Part shown: positions 25,173-39,744 of the stretch, piece after piece
Position numbering within the stretch: the stretch's first letter is position 1
How the letters are laid out: every line of letters begins with the position of its first letter
NCBI RefSeq assembly: GCF_964204645.1
Contig: NC_134027.1
Span: forward strand, 23,212,560 to 23,276,559
Direction of reading: 5' to 3'
DNA length: 64,000 nucleotides
Source: Tubulanus polymorphus
Lineage: Eukaryota > Animalia > Nemertea
The notes under the pieces: generated by a model
Database searches by the model: none
Seen by the model: the letters and a program-made list of their open reading frames with translations, nothing else
Told to the model about the DNA's origin: nothing
Made by a program: the position numbers and the translations under genes

Positions 25173-26996
25173 TAACAGCCCATGTCACAGCTGCAGCTGT
25201 GACATGGGCATGAACGGCTGGCGACTGAGTGGGAATGCTTGATGCTGACATGGAGGTGACGGGTCCGTGGATAGCTAGAAAAAACGTTGGTGTACCTTCA
25301 AATAGTATAGTTTATTCATGAAAATGATTTGTCAAAAGCGTATAAATGTTCGTCTTTTTGGTTTTCTCACACACGATGTACGCGCGTATTAATACACTGC
25401 TGCTATACGCGCTGGCTGTGCTGGAGGTTCACTAATGCCACTCACATGTGTTAACGCTGGAGCTTGTGTCAGGCGCAGTTGGAATTTATGGTTCATTCCA
25501 TAGAGATTTATTTGCAAACAATAACATATGTATTGATTTCAACAATATTGATGATTTTTCCAGTTACGTTTTGTTGAATACTGTAATCATTAGGAGCCCG
25601 ATTGTGGCTTGCGCCATCTATCAAGGAAATGACATATTAACTAGGCTAACGATTCCGTTTGTATCATGATTTCCGAGATTTCACCACGAAAGTCTGAGGT
25701 CAAAGGGACCAGGTAGGCCAAGAATCGATGAATTCTCACGACAGAATCCTTGGTTGACTTGAACACGAGCATTAGACTATACGCTCAGGATAAATAAATC
25801 GCTCTGATCTCTCTAATGATCTGTTTATGATTCTGTGGATTCACGGAGTCAAGGGTTTTGGATTCAATCAATAACCAAGTAGAGCTAACATACGTAGTTA
25901 ATACGTTGAGATAAAAATCCACATGAAATTAGAAAAATACTTAGTGTGACAGATTATTCGAACAAAATGCACATTTTAGATAGGATTTTTCTTCAAAATA
26001 CCACAAGATCTTAAGTTGATTGATGGGTTATATGTTCAATAAAGGACATTATTTCAAAATGTCGATACATCAGCCAGAAATCTACTTTCGACAAACTATT
26101 TGCGCAATCTGGCGGAGTACCGGTTCTTCATTCGACCAGCAATTCTTATCAGAACGCGGTAGATATTTCTTTCATTTCTCGTCGGAAAGGAATATCAACG
26201 AAAGCGCGCATTTAAGCGATCACGCCCGAGAGAGTAGCTCATAAATTCAGTGATCTATACGAGCCTCACTTGTACTAATATACTCGCGGCCGCTATGAAG
26301 CATTTATTAATATTTACTCCCAGGCAGCGTTTAGTCTCGTGTACCGTGTGTACTTCCTTGAAATATGTGTTTTGAGCAAACACCTTCTTCTAGCAAAAAC
26401 CTCGACGCAAACATAATATACCAGTCGATCGGATGGTTTCGCATATATGCACGACTTCGGTCGGTCCAAGGGCGATGGGTTCGAATCCCGAATTTCTCGG
26501 TCGATGGTTCTCTAGCCGCGCGGCAAAGAGCTAGTTGTACCACGAAGAAAACATCCGGATTCTCGTTTTTGTGTAACGGTATATTGGTCAATGGTTCTTC
26601 CTTATTTTGGAAAAATTATCCTCGGAATTTCCAATGTGGTCCCGAGTAGCGGGCCAGGAGGAAGATAGGCTATTGTACGCTATTGCGCTTCGTATATATC
26701 GCAAAATAAACTTCCGGCACAATTACATTACACTATAGTCCGGACATGTCAATCACATACCAGCAGCGATCTCCACTTCCGGAAGACGATACAAACCTTC
26801 TCAGTGTGGACAGGACCAGATGAAGGTCATCATATCGTATCGCTTCCATGTTCAATTGTTGCAAATTTGTGAAATTGCAAATTTGCAAATTTGTCGCCAT
26901 GCCAAAGTTGTTAAAATCCATCTTAAGACCTATGAAAATGACATAAAACATGCATCGTATTATTCAGAAAAGACGATAGGAACGACCCAACCATTC

Positions 26997-27300
26997 CATC
27001 TTCCTTTGACAGGGATTCGAACCTGATGGCATCGAGACTCGCCACGGTACGAAAACCTGCCACTTTACTAGACCACAAGGTGCGCCGGTAGGCCTACATG
27101 CACAGCTTAAATGATGTCAGTCGTTTTAGTTTATCCCGGGGTTTCCAGCGATTATACAACGAGCAATCTGATTGGTGCCGCAAGTTTTCGTGCGGCAAAC
27201 CTGCGCATGTATTTGCGCAGCCGGTCTAGTGTGGCAGGGTTTAGTGCCGTGACTGAGTCTAGCGATGCCATCAGGTTCGAATCCCTGCTGAAGGAGGATG
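26997..27300. mobile_element. MITE, same family as 9366-9705
   Basis: Same TIRs; flanks caaccattc and caaccacgc (7/9). Confidence 0.85.
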
Positions 27301-28173
27301 CAACCACGCCGGACAAACGTCCCATAACAAAATAGCGGCTAGCAACTTCAAAATGGTTTTATTATTTTTTTGTTAATTGGAATAACCGAAATGGAAAACA
27401 TTTGAATTTCGGTTCACTCTGGTCGTTCGTGTAAGCACTGAGGGATTTGGAAATGATGGACACACTTCCTATACTGATATTATAGCCATGTAATCGTTCA
27501 CGTATGTGGCCTAATCCGTGCATCCATAAACTCAAGCATAATCCGCGCCACGGAATATAGACCGTCTTACTCGGTAATTGGATCAACGCAGTCTGGATGA
27601 AGAGACGTATCGAAACAATTCGCTGATAGGATATTTAGATATATCCAGTAGCCCCGGTCTATTAGAGACTCTCTCTCTGTCTGCCTGTATCAATTTCATA
27701 ATGAAATACCCTCGCATTATCCAGTCGCGACTGCGTATGATATGTCCTTAGGATATTGGCAGCGCCATTTCAGATATCATCATATGATAAGTGTTGCTTC
27801 GGGGGTCGTTTATCGGCAGTCCTTATCCTTGTTCTTATCTACGTATTTCTGTAAATATACCATATCTCGAGGTATAACGTATCATTGTCATCTACGAATT
27901 TAAATACCTCAAAACATATCTATATCTTTTACACGATATAAAGAATTTCATGAATCTATAATGCGTAAGTATTCCTCGCGAAAGACGGATGAAAGCTGAT
28001 TGTAACTAATCTAATTACGTCATATATACGTGTGGAGTCGAGAAGATGCGCAATTTCCGTTGTATACGTATAGGAAATTCCAGAATCAGTCCAATTTAAG
28101 TCCCTTACGTTTACTTTGTTGAGCAGCGTTCGGCTATGTTCTGATTGCCATCATCAGCAGTCACGCGGTCAAT

Positions 28174-28225
28174 AGTACGCCTGATGACGGCTATTAGAAT
28201 ATGTATAACCGAAACGTTGCTTATT
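28174..28225 (+). ncRNA. Minimal hammerhead-ribozyme-like motif (Penelope type)
   Basis: CTGATGA-c-ggctat..ataacc-GAAACGTT with pairable stem-I flanks agtacgc and gcttatt. Confidence 0.55.
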
Positions 28226-29598
28226 TACTATAACTTTTTCTGTAACTTCTTACGGCGCACGTCGTCGCACATGATTGTATTCGTATTCCGTGTCTTGAAC
28301 CACTTTCAACGGTCAAAAGCACTGGTAAATCGATGATGAACCATCAACATTAATTGACACTTTTTTCATCTTAATGTAGGGATTGACCCTATTGGTTATT
28401 CATTCTATTCGTAGATTCTGATTTGTTTTGATTTGATTGAGTGTCCCTTACAGACCCATCACACCTGCCGGGCGCGAAACAGGGGGTTTGATCGTTAAAT
28501 CTGAAATCGAAGTAAAGATATATAATGTGGTTGTGTGATCGGCGAATCTTTATGGTTTTCGAGTTTATTTGTGTTTTTTTTTTCGAATCGCCGGCCGGAT
28601 TTTTGTTTGAAATCGAAGTACAAAATCGGAAGTTTCGGCCTTGCTATTGTTACTGTGCGCGGGAGTGAGTACTTGCTCTAGATTTTAGACAGTGAGATCC
28701 GATCGCAACCGCATCCTTCGAAAAACGTCGATATCTTCTCAATCTCGTCTAGATTTGGCATCAATTTTTCAAGTAGGATCAGCGATTTTACTCGGCGATT
28801 TTTAAGCGCGTTGAAATGCGATGTTTCCTTCCTCGGCGCATCGACATTTTCAACAAACGCGCGAACTCGAACGGACTCGACTGTGCCTGCATTCGTCGAG
28901 ATAACAACCCGAACATCGAAATGGTTTATCAAAATTCCACCCATTAATTCTCATAATCGATGTAGATGTTCTTGTTTTTGCGTCGAAGCAGAGAGAGAGA
29001 GAGAGAGAAAGAGAGCGAGACAGAATCCTAGAGAACGCAATTTGCGCGTTTTAATTTTTTTTTCGACCAGAAAATGTCCATATTTCATTTTCAACACTCG
29101 CAAAAGTAGAATTCGATGTCGTCGTCGTTGTCGTTGTTGTGATCATTTTTAGAGTGTTTTTATCGTTCGCCCGCCGCTAACATCTCAGGTAACGTTTCAA
29201 CGCTGAATATTGTTCAAGTCAATCACGGCGAGCATTAATTTTCGTCGTCGTCAATTTCTGCTCGACGAGGCCGGCAATAACGCGTTGTTTTGCGGGAGGA
29301 TTTCGCCGACCGAGAATAACAGGCGAACTAATCAAACATGAAAACGATAATTGCCCGGCACCGATTTCGCTGCCGTCTCCCGCGACCGCGGGGATCTATA
29401 TTGAATTATTATTGCGATATGGGGGTTAAATATGATAGCATAAATTGTCGTTAGTTTTTATGAACTTTAATCGCCGTGTGTTTTCCTTCCCCCTGGTGAA
29501 TCGATTTTCCCGATTCGTCGTTTATATCTCTACAACGCGAAAAGGTTAGAGCGTTTAGAGCATTTCGAAAATTTAAACGATTCGCCGACAAACTATCG

Positions 29599-29670
29599 GG
29601 GGATGTAGCTCAGAGGTAGAGCGCTCGCTTCGCATGCGAGAAGCCCCGGGTTCGAACCCCGGCATCTCCA
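29599..29670 (+). tRNA. tRNA-Ala (CGC)
   Basis: 72-nt cloverleaf, G3:U70, anticodon arm ctcgc-ttCGCat-gcgag, GGTTCGAACCC B box, oligo-T terminator. Confidence 0.96.
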
Positions 29671-30419
29671 ACTTTTTTTTATGTTAAACATAATTTGATA
29701 CGAGCAATAATCTCGTATTTGCTACGAGCAATCATCTCGTATATTTCAGGTGTTCCAAAGATTACACTTATTGACGAAGTGCACTCTATCTAACGTGTTA
29801 GATATGAAATACGTACATGAATACATATTTATACCTCGTGGAGTAATTGTTTTCACAGATTGAATACAGAAATAAGTTTTTGAGCAAAATTGTAGATGTA
29901 AACTGTGACCAGTTGTAACAACAACAGAGTACATTATGTTTAAAGTAAAAATACGTAGGCAATTAACAGCTTGATCTGCTGAATGAATAAAATGTCTTCA
30001 AAACTGATTACCCTTAACAGAATCGGTCGCTTGCCGGTTCGGACTGTTTGGACGATCGTTACCGGAATGAACTGGAACGCTGACATTTCCAATTATACAT
30101 CGATTTATACAAAAAAATTCTGTATCGTAAATTCGACCGCCGATATATCAAAACTATGATTTCCGAATTCAGAATCAAACCCCTGTTTCGTTCCTGGTAG
30201 AAGTAGTTGGTTTGTAAGGGATACAAAAATCAAACGAAATCTACCAACCACATAGATAACAGGGTCGATCCCTATCAAAAGACTACAGAAATCTAGGTCT
30301 AGTACGCGAACGATTGATACTTTCTTACGAGGAAATAACGCTCGAATATTAGAATCCAGTTCTACAATTAGGAGTCGAATAATAATAAAGTTTAAAGTAA
30401 TTTTCGAGTTAACTCCGGG

Positions 30420-30660
30420 GATTTTGATACAATTTCTGTTTGAGCCGGAAATAGATTACAATTTGAATTCAGATTTCGACATTAATTTTTTAAAGGCGTT
30501 GATCAACTTTCAAGTTAGTTTTTTTTTGTCTATTTTATTTTGTCGATTTTGATACAATTTCTGTTTGAGTCGGAAATGGATTCCAATTTGAATTCAGATT
30601 TCGGCATTAATTTTTTAAAGGCGTTGATCAACTTTCAAGTTAGTTTTTTTGGGTCTATTT
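30420..30660. repeat. ~125-bp tandem duplication
   Basis: gattttgatacaatttctgtttgag..aagttagttttttt present twice. Confidence 0.85.
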
Positions 30661-31069
30661 ACCAATCGTTGTTGTAGATCTACTCCCATTGATTGCCTAG
30701 CGGATGAAAATAGCGAAAACTACAACATCTTATTAGCCGCGTCGTCTGCGAAACAGTGTTTACATTGAATTATTGTGTCAATCGATTGCGCAAACACTAG
30801 ACGCCGATTGGTAATTACAAAACGATAATCGGCAGATGACACAGCGATCTCCGGATCAGCGTATGATGGGCGTGAAGGATATGAATAACCGCATCTCTGT
30901 CGATCTTACAGACTCGACTCAGACACGACAGTCGTGCACCCATGCAAGTCTTTCATGCGTTCTCGGTAATGTTTGATTGGCATTTAGAGCCCTTAAGTAG
31001 CTGATTAGATTTTCAATGATGTATTTGAAAAATGGATACATGCGTTTTAGTTTGAAACTGAGAGTCGAA

Positions 31070-31500
31070 TTAACTACGTACAACTGCGGAACTGGATAGC
31101 CCACAGAGTTAGATTAAACCCGCACTGGACCCGGGTTCAGAGTCAAATTAAACCCACACAACTGTGGAACTACGTAGATCCGGAGTCAAATTAAACCCAC
31201 ACAACGGTGGAACTGGATCCAGAGTCCACTTAAAACTCACAACCGTGGAACTGCATCCAGAGTCAAATTAAACTCTCATACGTGGAACTGGGTCAAGAGT
31301 TAAATGAAGCATACAAAAATGTTGAACTGGGTCTAGAGTCTTCCCGCACAACGGGATTATAAGGTTTAAAGTCAAATGAACTGACAACTGTGGAAGTGGA
31401 TCGGGAGTCAACTGACAGCTTACTGTGGAACGCTGATGCAGAATCAAAATACACGCGTGGAACAGGGGCTTGAGGCAGGTTTAACTCACATATCAAATTT
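31070..31500 (+). repeat. ~34-bp minisatellite array, same family as 4220-4720
   Basis: Same unit gtggaactggatccagagtcaaattaaacccacacaac. Confidence 0.85.
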
Positions 31501-33139
31501 TTTAGCTCGGAACTGACACACGGATCGAGAATCAGATTTAGCATCCACGAGCCAGCGATCGTGGGAGTAGCGTTGTAATCGCTAGTTGTATCTACTGTCG
31601 CTCGAGTCTGCTGCCGCCGCGTATCTCGCATGTTCGGCGACAGACAGAGTTCATTTCAGATCTATCAGCGTTTAACGCCGGCCGCTATTGCGATCAGCCA
31701 GAAGCGCGATCACTGCAGCTCTCAGACATATTCGATTACTCACGGACTTTTCAAAATATCGCCGGAACAGTGTACAACAACGGAAATGACAGCAACATTG
31801 TGGATGTAAAGTCTCCCTGGTCAAACTGCAGCTTGTAAGTAGAAAAGAAACTATTCTCGATCTGTTAGATCGGCGATCGGTTTTGGTTATGTTTTGAAAG
31901 CAAAGATATTGAAAAAAATGTCAAAATTTGATTTGATGACGATAGTTTGTGGTTTAAAAGTTGATTTTTCTTTTGAATTGGATTTTACAGTGAAATAAGC
32001 CACACTAAAACACACAGGCCATAAAGTCATACTTTCAAAACTATCAGCGGACTTCCAACGTTTTACGTGAATGCACGGGAATCTTTTATAAGGGCGCACT
32101 CATTTTATTTTAACCCTAATGTGCAACAGAAATTTCCACTCTGAACATTGAGTATTACTTATCGACTGATGCAAGACACAAATCTATAGTCGAGATTTGA
32201 CGGAATATCATGTTCCCACCAACAATTTCATAAAAAAATGACTTCTAAAATTTGAAAAGTTTTACCAAATTTTTACTCGCTTATTGGCATCTGGGTGCAA
32301 ATTCCTTCGTTAGAATCTGACGCTTGGTTTTAAAACATATGGAATGAACTAATTCTAGTCAAATTTAAACAAAGAACTCCGGAACTGAATCCCGGGGTTA
32401 GATTCGACTTCGGGGCTGACTCACTTCATTGTACCGTAACGAATTGCATTCGCAAACGGTTAACTTACCATCTAGTCATCTCAACTTCTTTGATCCAGAA
32501 CCCTTATGCCAAAAACCCTTATCTATATAAATCGCCCGAAGCTTCCAAAGCCTGCTATAAAGCTCAGGTATCTGAGGCCATTATAAAACGTTTGAGGTCC
32601 TGATATTACCGATATATGTTTAGTCTTTAAGATCCCCGTAGCTATGATTTTTCTTTGACGTTCGGCGCGACTGGGTCTTCGAATTAGACGTACAAAAGGT
32701 CAAATCAAGTTATTACTCAAAGGGCTCGCGTGTTGTCGTTTATTGTTAAGTCATCGATTTGGTGATGAGGAATATTATTTGTCTTAAGGCTCCAGTTCAA
32801 AATTTGACATTTATATGATATCATATCAAAGTTAATATACGTGTAAATATTGCTAAACAAAAACGAACGGTTTTTATTGATATTGATGTGTTTCTAAGCA
32901 AATGAACCACAGATTCCACGAATCGATAATCGTCTCTGTTTCTTTGATCGTTGATTTCCGATATTTGTCTGTTGTCTTTTGTTTGAATGATGATAAAGTG
33001 CTTTAAGCGAAAGTATTTTCAACAAACAACAACAAAAAAAGATTCGATTTCGCAATATTTTTGTGATGTGAAGATAAAAGGTTAAAGAAAAGAAGCCGTT
33101 TTTGGAACTTAATTTCTTTTGATATTTGAATATTTCTTA

Positions 33140-33490
33140 TTGTTGGTTTAATCTGACCCTGGATCCAGTTCCACTGGTTTGTGGGTTTGATTTTAATGGG
33201 GGGCCAATCACGCAGTTGTGCGGGTTTAATTTCACTCTGAATCCAGTTCCACAGTTGCATATGGATCAGTTGTGTGGGTTGAATTTGACTCCGGATCCAG
33301 TTCCGCAGTTGCATGGATTCGATTTGACTCTCGTTGTATGGGTTGAGTTTGACTCCGGATCCAGTTCCACTGTTGCATGGATTCAGTTTGACTCTCAGTT
33401 GTGTTGGTTTAATTTGTCTCTGAATCCAGTTCGACAGTGCTGCGCGGGCTTAATTTGTCTCAGGACCAAATTCCACAGTGTGGTTTTAAT
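33140..33490 (-). repeat. ~34-bp minisatellite array, same family, inverted
   Basis: Reverse-complement units ggatccagttccacagttgtgtgggtttaatttgactc. Confidence 0.85.
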
Positions 33491-33499
33491 TTGAACTTC

Positions 33500-33740
33500 A
33501 AACTTGGTATTATTACCCCAGCCTATAAGTCTATTCATGTATCAGTCTCCATCTCCATGGGGAGAACTAGCATCCGAGCAGCCGCTGAACGCTCAGAAGT
33601 CATCTATCAGGCCAGCAGGTAACCATTTACTCCTGGGCGGAGAGGGGCAATGAGGATAAGTGTCTTGCCCGAGGACACTGCGGTAAAGTACGGGGTTTAA
33701 ACCCACGACCTGGCTCACCCACGACCCACGAACTAACTCT
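33500..33740 (-). mobile_element. tRNA-derived SINE with CORE-like segment
   Basis: Minus strand: GGGTTTAAACCCC B-box-like motif, then GTGTCCTCGGGCAAGACACTT and CCTCTCCGCCCAGGAGTAAATGG, typical of invertebrate SINE bodies. Confidence 0.65.
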
Positions 33741-34695
33741 GAGTAAATTCTGAGCTTACGTCCTGTTTGGGGGCATTGAGAAAGGGTAGTTGCAAATGGG
33801 GAGAGAAAAGATGAAATATGTTGAAGAAAAATGCAAAAGAATGGATAAAGCAACGCGGGATATGGATAGTAAGAGATTTAAGGAAAGCTATGTTGGTACC
33901 GCAAAGGGACGACGACCGAATCGATCGGCATAAATCAGATATTTCTATCTGGTAAACATTCAAACAGACCGTTCTTTGATCGACTCTCTATTAAAAGTAC
34001 ATGTGCGGGATGAATCTGTTTATTTTTGTGGTTTCGTCGATTGATGAAACTTGATGAAAAAGCATCAATATACGCGCGCGCGTATGTGTAGATTTTTCGC
34101 AATCCACAAACATAATTATGATGTCTTACACCTGCTGTATTTGTAATAACGCGGCCAGCAGATTATACTGACATGCGTGAACCATTCAAAACGAGAAAAA
34201 AATCATTTAGTAAATAACTTACATATCCCTACGGTTTGATATCCGAATATGCTTGTAATTTACTCTTTTTTCTAATTCAAGGCTCTGAGATATTTTCTCC
34301 CGTGAAACTGGAGCAGTTGAGCGGGTTGATCAGAGTATAGTCATTGCTCTGCTTTACCAGAGGTGGATTTATAGGGTTGGTCTAAAGGGTCTGGCCCTGC
34401 CTTCCCGTTGAGGTTTCCCATTTGCTAATAGATAGATATCGTTAAAAACCTGTAAATTCATTGATATTCATCCATGTTCGAAAATTGCAACTTTTCGGAT
34501 GTTTCTTCAAATCTAATACCGGGGTTGGTTCCTGGAATCTACGTTTCTTCCACGACCAGAACACGTAACCTTAATTGGAACTAATGCGACTGATGCTACG
34601 GATAACCCCGAATGACTAGAACGGATGATTGGGTTCTTGGAGAACTTTTCCATCTCAACTCTCCGTCAACGGCAGTCTTACTTTAAATTCCCTAC

Positions 34696-35207
34696 AGCCC
34701 AACGCACGCGGGAACAAAACATGTTCCCGATAACATGTTTCTCGTTTCTCTCATAAACGCCACGCACGACGCAGTGAAACATAGCAACACGGAATCAAAC
34801 ATGCTGTTTCGCGAACATTGTTTTGCAAAACTTCAGTGCTTTTCCAAGACGCGGTGAAACATAGAAGCGCAGAAAGAAACATCTTCCTTGTTTCACCAAA
34901 CGCACACGACGCAGGGAAACGCTCGCTAAAGCCCAACGTTTTTTCTTCGTGAAAAAAACGTTTTCGATGTTTTTTTGCTATGCCGTGTGCGGGGGAGGCA
35001 AAACACAAAACGCCGAACTGAAAAACGTTTTTCGCGAAACAAGCACTGCTTGATTTGCGAAAAACGTTTTGTGTAGTCGAAAACGTTTTTCGTCCCGTGT
35101 GCGTTGAACGTTTTATCGTTTGCGGGCAAAACGTTTTACGAAAAACGTTTTGTGAAAACGTGTTTTCTGTTTCGGCGTAACAAATGTTTTGCCGTGTGCG
35201 TTGGGCT
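34696..35207. mobile_element. Palindromic MITE (PIF/Harbinger-like); relic copy ~47900-48105
   Basis: TIR AGCCCAACGCAC / GTGCGTTGGGCT, flanks tac and taa, internal aaaacgttt repeats. Confidence 0.75.
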
Positions 35208-35778
35208 TAACGCGTATCCGTTTCCTGATTCTATGTGTGTCGTCAGCATTACAACCTTTACAATATTTAGGGAAAGCCCAGCCGTGTACTCACAAGATTC
35301 CAGGAACCGATCGAAATTTGACTCAAAGGTTAAATCCTCTGGACTGGGCTAGTCGAATCTAACTCGGCTACGTTGGAATACAACCCGGCGCTAAACGAAA
35401 CCCAGTATTTACAACTACTCGACTCCTCTTGTTCTAGATTATCGATTTAAATCCCTTTAAATCCCGATACGAGTATATTCATGTATATGCATATATAGTC
35501 ATTTATTCTGTATATCGACGATGTCGTCGTCTCCCCACACCATCAGTGCCTGAGATACATTCAATGTGGATGGATTCTCTCAGACTCCGGCGCGCCGATT
35601 CACATACACTGACGACGATGACACCAATCGAGTGTTCAAATATGAGATTCGAGATCACTCTGAGACATGTTGCGAAAAAATACGAATATGATGTAACGAT
35701 GCGCGAGTAGGCTTATATCTATGTAAATATGCGCATGTCAAATGAGTCTAGTAAATAGTAACATCGGTCGGACCTTAC

Positions 35779-36040
35779 AGCCGCGATCACACGCTGTCGA
35801 TTTGGCCCGGGCCAAATTGGCACGGATCAGGCTCGGGCCAAATTTGGCCCGTGCCTAATTAGAGAGCGCGTTCACACCAAACCATTCACTCGATACTAAA
35901 CAATGCTCAAACAAAGAAAGTTACGTCATTTCTGGTGCCAGTTGCAATTCAAACGCAATCGTTTGTCTGGTTCTAGAATTTGGCTCGGGCTTGGTCCGAC
36001 GTTTTTGGCCCGGGCCAAAAATGCTCGTGTGATCGCGGCT
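35779..36040. mobile_element. PIF/Harbinger-like MITE
   Basis: 15-bp TIR AGCCGCGATCACACG, 3-bp TSD TAC on both sides; related relic in profilin introns (~11480-11610, ~17655-17780). Confidence 0.85.
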
Positions 36041-38521
36041 TACGTTGTAGCGTGCCGGTTAGGATTGACAATAAGTATGAGTCCATGGATCGTTTTCATT
36101 TATGTAAATCGGGTCGAGAAGATTCACAATTTCTCTATTCGTCGAAAACGTTAGAAATCCCACAATGAGTTCAGCAAAAGAGGAAAAGTTCTTGTAATAA
36201 ATGAGTATTGGTTTGAAGGGAGGTTTCGGCGTTTTCGGATTTTTGTAGTCTGTCTGATAATTGCTATTAGTACATCATTGCTCTAAATATATAGGCTACT
36301 AATTTTTGCAACAGAAAAGTCGATATTGAATGGAGAAACATAAAATGTTAGCTTTACGCCAGAGCTCCGGAACTGAAAGAACGTACCTCCGTGGTTCTGA
36401 TTGGCTGGTTGCATATGAGCTCAAGGGTGGCGCCACCAGCTGGACAACCGGGAATCGCCTTATATTTCTGCCGCAAAAAATGTCGATGGGCAACTTTGCA
36501 TTCGCACATCTTTGTTTTCTGAACTTTTCGTCTTTTGCCGAAGTTATTGAGGGCTTTCTTACATCTGAATAATCTGACCGCACCACGAGCTGCGAATATC
36601 ACTGTCAGGACCTCATGCGTGGCAGGTCTGTAAGGAACACCAAATCAGTACATCTTTTAAAAGTGCCCCGTGCAAATTCGCAATATGGTGAACGTTGTTT
36701 GGAATTTTTTTCAGGACCTTTATCTGAAATGCCTTATCATCCATACTAAGATCTATTGACAGTTTTAACTCTTTCAAAAAGTGTTTTAAAAATCTTTTTA
36801 TCCAGGTATTTTCGTGGCCCTGTTTTAAGTCACTGTAGTTACCATGTTTGAATACCCTGTAAGTGCTTTGGAGCATGTGCGTGCTTTTACTTTTTAAACA
36901 GCAATAGATATGGTAATGATAGTAGTAACAAATCAAACCGAATCTACTAATCAACTAAAAACATCGGTCAATCCCTACTTTGTTATAAAAAGAGAAAATT
37001 TTATCTTTGCATTTAATACGCCCCCGGATTGATCGTCATAATTTCGATGAATCCGGATAATGTAATAAAATGTTAACGATCTGATAGGTTTCGATAACGC
37101 AATTACTCCCGGCATTTCACGACGCGAATACATACAACGCCGAGGTTTATCAAGCGCGATGACGTCATCCGGCATTCCATCAATTTCTCGTCGGCTTTCG
37201 AGCGACCGTTTATATAGTGTCATTTCTATCGTTAAGAGATCGGCGCAAAGGCCTTTAAATGACTCAACTGACCGAGCGCTGATAGCACGAAGATATGTAC
37301 AGCTAGGGTAACACGATTGATGAACTGTCCGCCATATCCGTGTTGTGACGATATATAGAGAATCCCATAATAATATAGCGAGAAAGATGACGTCCGCAAA
37401 GTTTCCTTCAAGCTTACTATTAAGTGGCGGTAGATCTAGGGTCTGATACAGGGAGAGGGGTACCTCCTTAATAGGCCATGTCATAAAATTTAGAAAGGAC
37501 ATCGGAAAGCATTTTTGGAAACACACAACAAGCTTATGAATCTAAACTTTTTTTACGTATCAGTTTGATAATTTTCATTTTCCCGTGGACTTTCATTTTC
37601 CCATTTCAAGGCGACTTAACATCTTTAGGAGGGATGTGTACCCGCTGCACCCTTCTCCCTTGGATCCGCCTCTCAAGAACTAGAGACGGTCAAATGTAAT
37701 CAAAGAGTGAAGCAAACTAGGGTTATTATTATACATTTTATTGAAGATATTTGTATAGTGTATATACATTTCAAAGTTACAATTAAATTCAATTGATGAA
37801 ATGACTGACGAGCAAGATGTGATGAATAAATTGTTAATTGTCATCCCTACATTATAAGAACAGTTACAAACAAAACATATTAAGGCAAACTAAGAGGTGA
37901 TCATAATCTAAAACAATAGTGAATACAAGTAGCTAGTTTGTGGTTATCGCCACGTCCACGAAGCCGTCTAGTCTGTCGCTATTCTAAAGCTCGATTTTTT
38001 CCGTCCACGGTTCAGTAGTAGCGCGGCGATGGTAAACGCGTTCCCTGGCGGAAAAAAGTTGATCGGCTCGGTTCGAGTAGCGCGCCGTGATTGGTCTCCA
38101 GGCGATGTAGCGAGGCTTCGTTGTTTTCGCGCCAGTGTCTGTAACCGGGATTGTACTTCGTCACGCGAACGACATCGGAATAAGATACTCGAATGTCATG
38201 TATTCGCGCGCCGCAAATACCGATTAAGATGTCTATGATTTAGATGGCGTGGTGTGAAAGCGTAGTGAATTGTGTTTGGAGAATTATTGACGGTCACGCT
38301 AATTTGACTGATAGTCCCTGAGGAGTTGCTGCTTCATTAAGTAATTACCACACGACGAGTCTGCAGTACTCTTCTACATACCGACCACGCCACCGAGAAT
38401 AATCTGTTTCTCGTTCGGTCGTTTATCGAGATGTTCTTCGCCGACGTCTCGCGTATCGTATGTTCGCGATTGACATCGGCCATACGACTTTCTGCTTCGC
38501 TACTACTAACCTCGCGCTTGG

Positions 38522-38720
38522 CATCCTCCCCCAGCGGGATTCGAACTTGATGGCGCCGAGACTCGCCACGGTACGAAACCCAGCCACACTAGATCGAGCG
38601 CGCGTGCTACATGAAATCCCGTTTTATCTTAGCCCGGATTTGTCCATTCATCGTGAAATTTGCCTCAGTGATTGTACAACAGGCAATCAAGTTTGCCGTG
38701 TGGCAAAACCTGCGCATGTA
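38522..38720. mobile_element. Truncated MITE of the 9366-9705 family (another collapsed relic ~52210-52270)
   Basis: Left TIR and internal part only. Confidence 0.75.
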
Positions 38721-38797
38721 TAGGCGTCCTTGGTTGAAAGTATTGATAGAAGTACATGCGCAGTATGAAAATATTGATCGGCAAAAACTTCCAAAAT

Positions 38798-38869
38798 TGG
38801 AGATGCCGGAGTTTGAACCCGGGGCTTCTCGCATGCGAAGCGAGCGCTCTACCACTGAGCTACATCCCC
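38798..38869 (-). tRNA. tRNA-Ala (CGC)
   Basis: 72-nt cloverleaf, 3 differences from the 29599 copy, T-runs downstream. Confidence 0.92.
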
Positions 38870-39744
38870 TGGTACTGGGTTAACGATAATGACGTCATCC
38901 TAACTTCATCCTAACTTTTCCCAGATGCGTATCAAAACTTTCCCAAATTTTGAAAAATGCTATCCTCAATGGTCGCGAAGAGAAAATATTTGATAGAAAA
39001 TATCTCACAGAGAATCCATTGTTCATTGCCACCGATGAGGGCGCTGATCGTTCAAACTTTTGAACGACGCAACCTTTTCCAACTTTCGATTATATACATG
39101 ACATAGATTAATTCTAGGTCTTTATATAAATTTTATTTTTTAAATTAAAGCGCTCGTGAACACGTACCGACGTGTAACTGTCGCTACCTATTCCAACTTC
39201 CGAAAATATAATAGATTTACACTTTATTTGTCTCGTGGTAGACATCGTAATTCGTCGGAATTCAGCTGAGGACTGTAGAGTAAAAGTTTGTCGAGTTTTT
39301 GATGTCAAGGATTCACACTTCAATCTTCGCCTCGAAAAGAAACATGGCAATTAAATGTATCACGTCCCCGGGAACTGCGCCCGGTATATTGCGTTATTAT
39401 ATTGTGCGCTGTTGAGTGTCTCGTATTTGAGGTAACGTTTGCGCTATAAATTATTACATCTCAAAGGGCAAGATGGCGGATATTGCCACGGGACTTCCTT
39501 CCGTTTATGCGCATAACATTGTCTTATTAAACGACGAAGAAAGCGCGTCCGAAGCACCGACGAATTTTCATTTCTTTCAAGAGTTTATCTGAACAGTCGG
39601 CGACGGTTCGTCGTAAAAAAGGAGTTCGCTTTTTATGGTTTCTTGTTCATTTTAATTCTCGGTTGAAGCGGTGCATGAGGTAATGCTGACAGTTGAAATC
39701 GTCCATACACCCGACAATCCACATACGTAGGTGATGCGTGTGGT

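Noticed and set aside
26440-26500. Isolated GGGTTCGAATCCC tRNA-like motifs (also ~9796 and ~47625)
   Set aside because: No cloverleaf can be built; at most SINE-head remnants.
36975-37526. 183-aa minus-strand ORF
   Set aside because: No recognisable domain, non-ATG start, overlaps a degenerate MITE.
38607-38883. ORFs overlapping tRNA-Ala (MVERSLRMREAPGS.. type; also 63109-63545)
   Set aside because: Spurious translations of tRNA genes.
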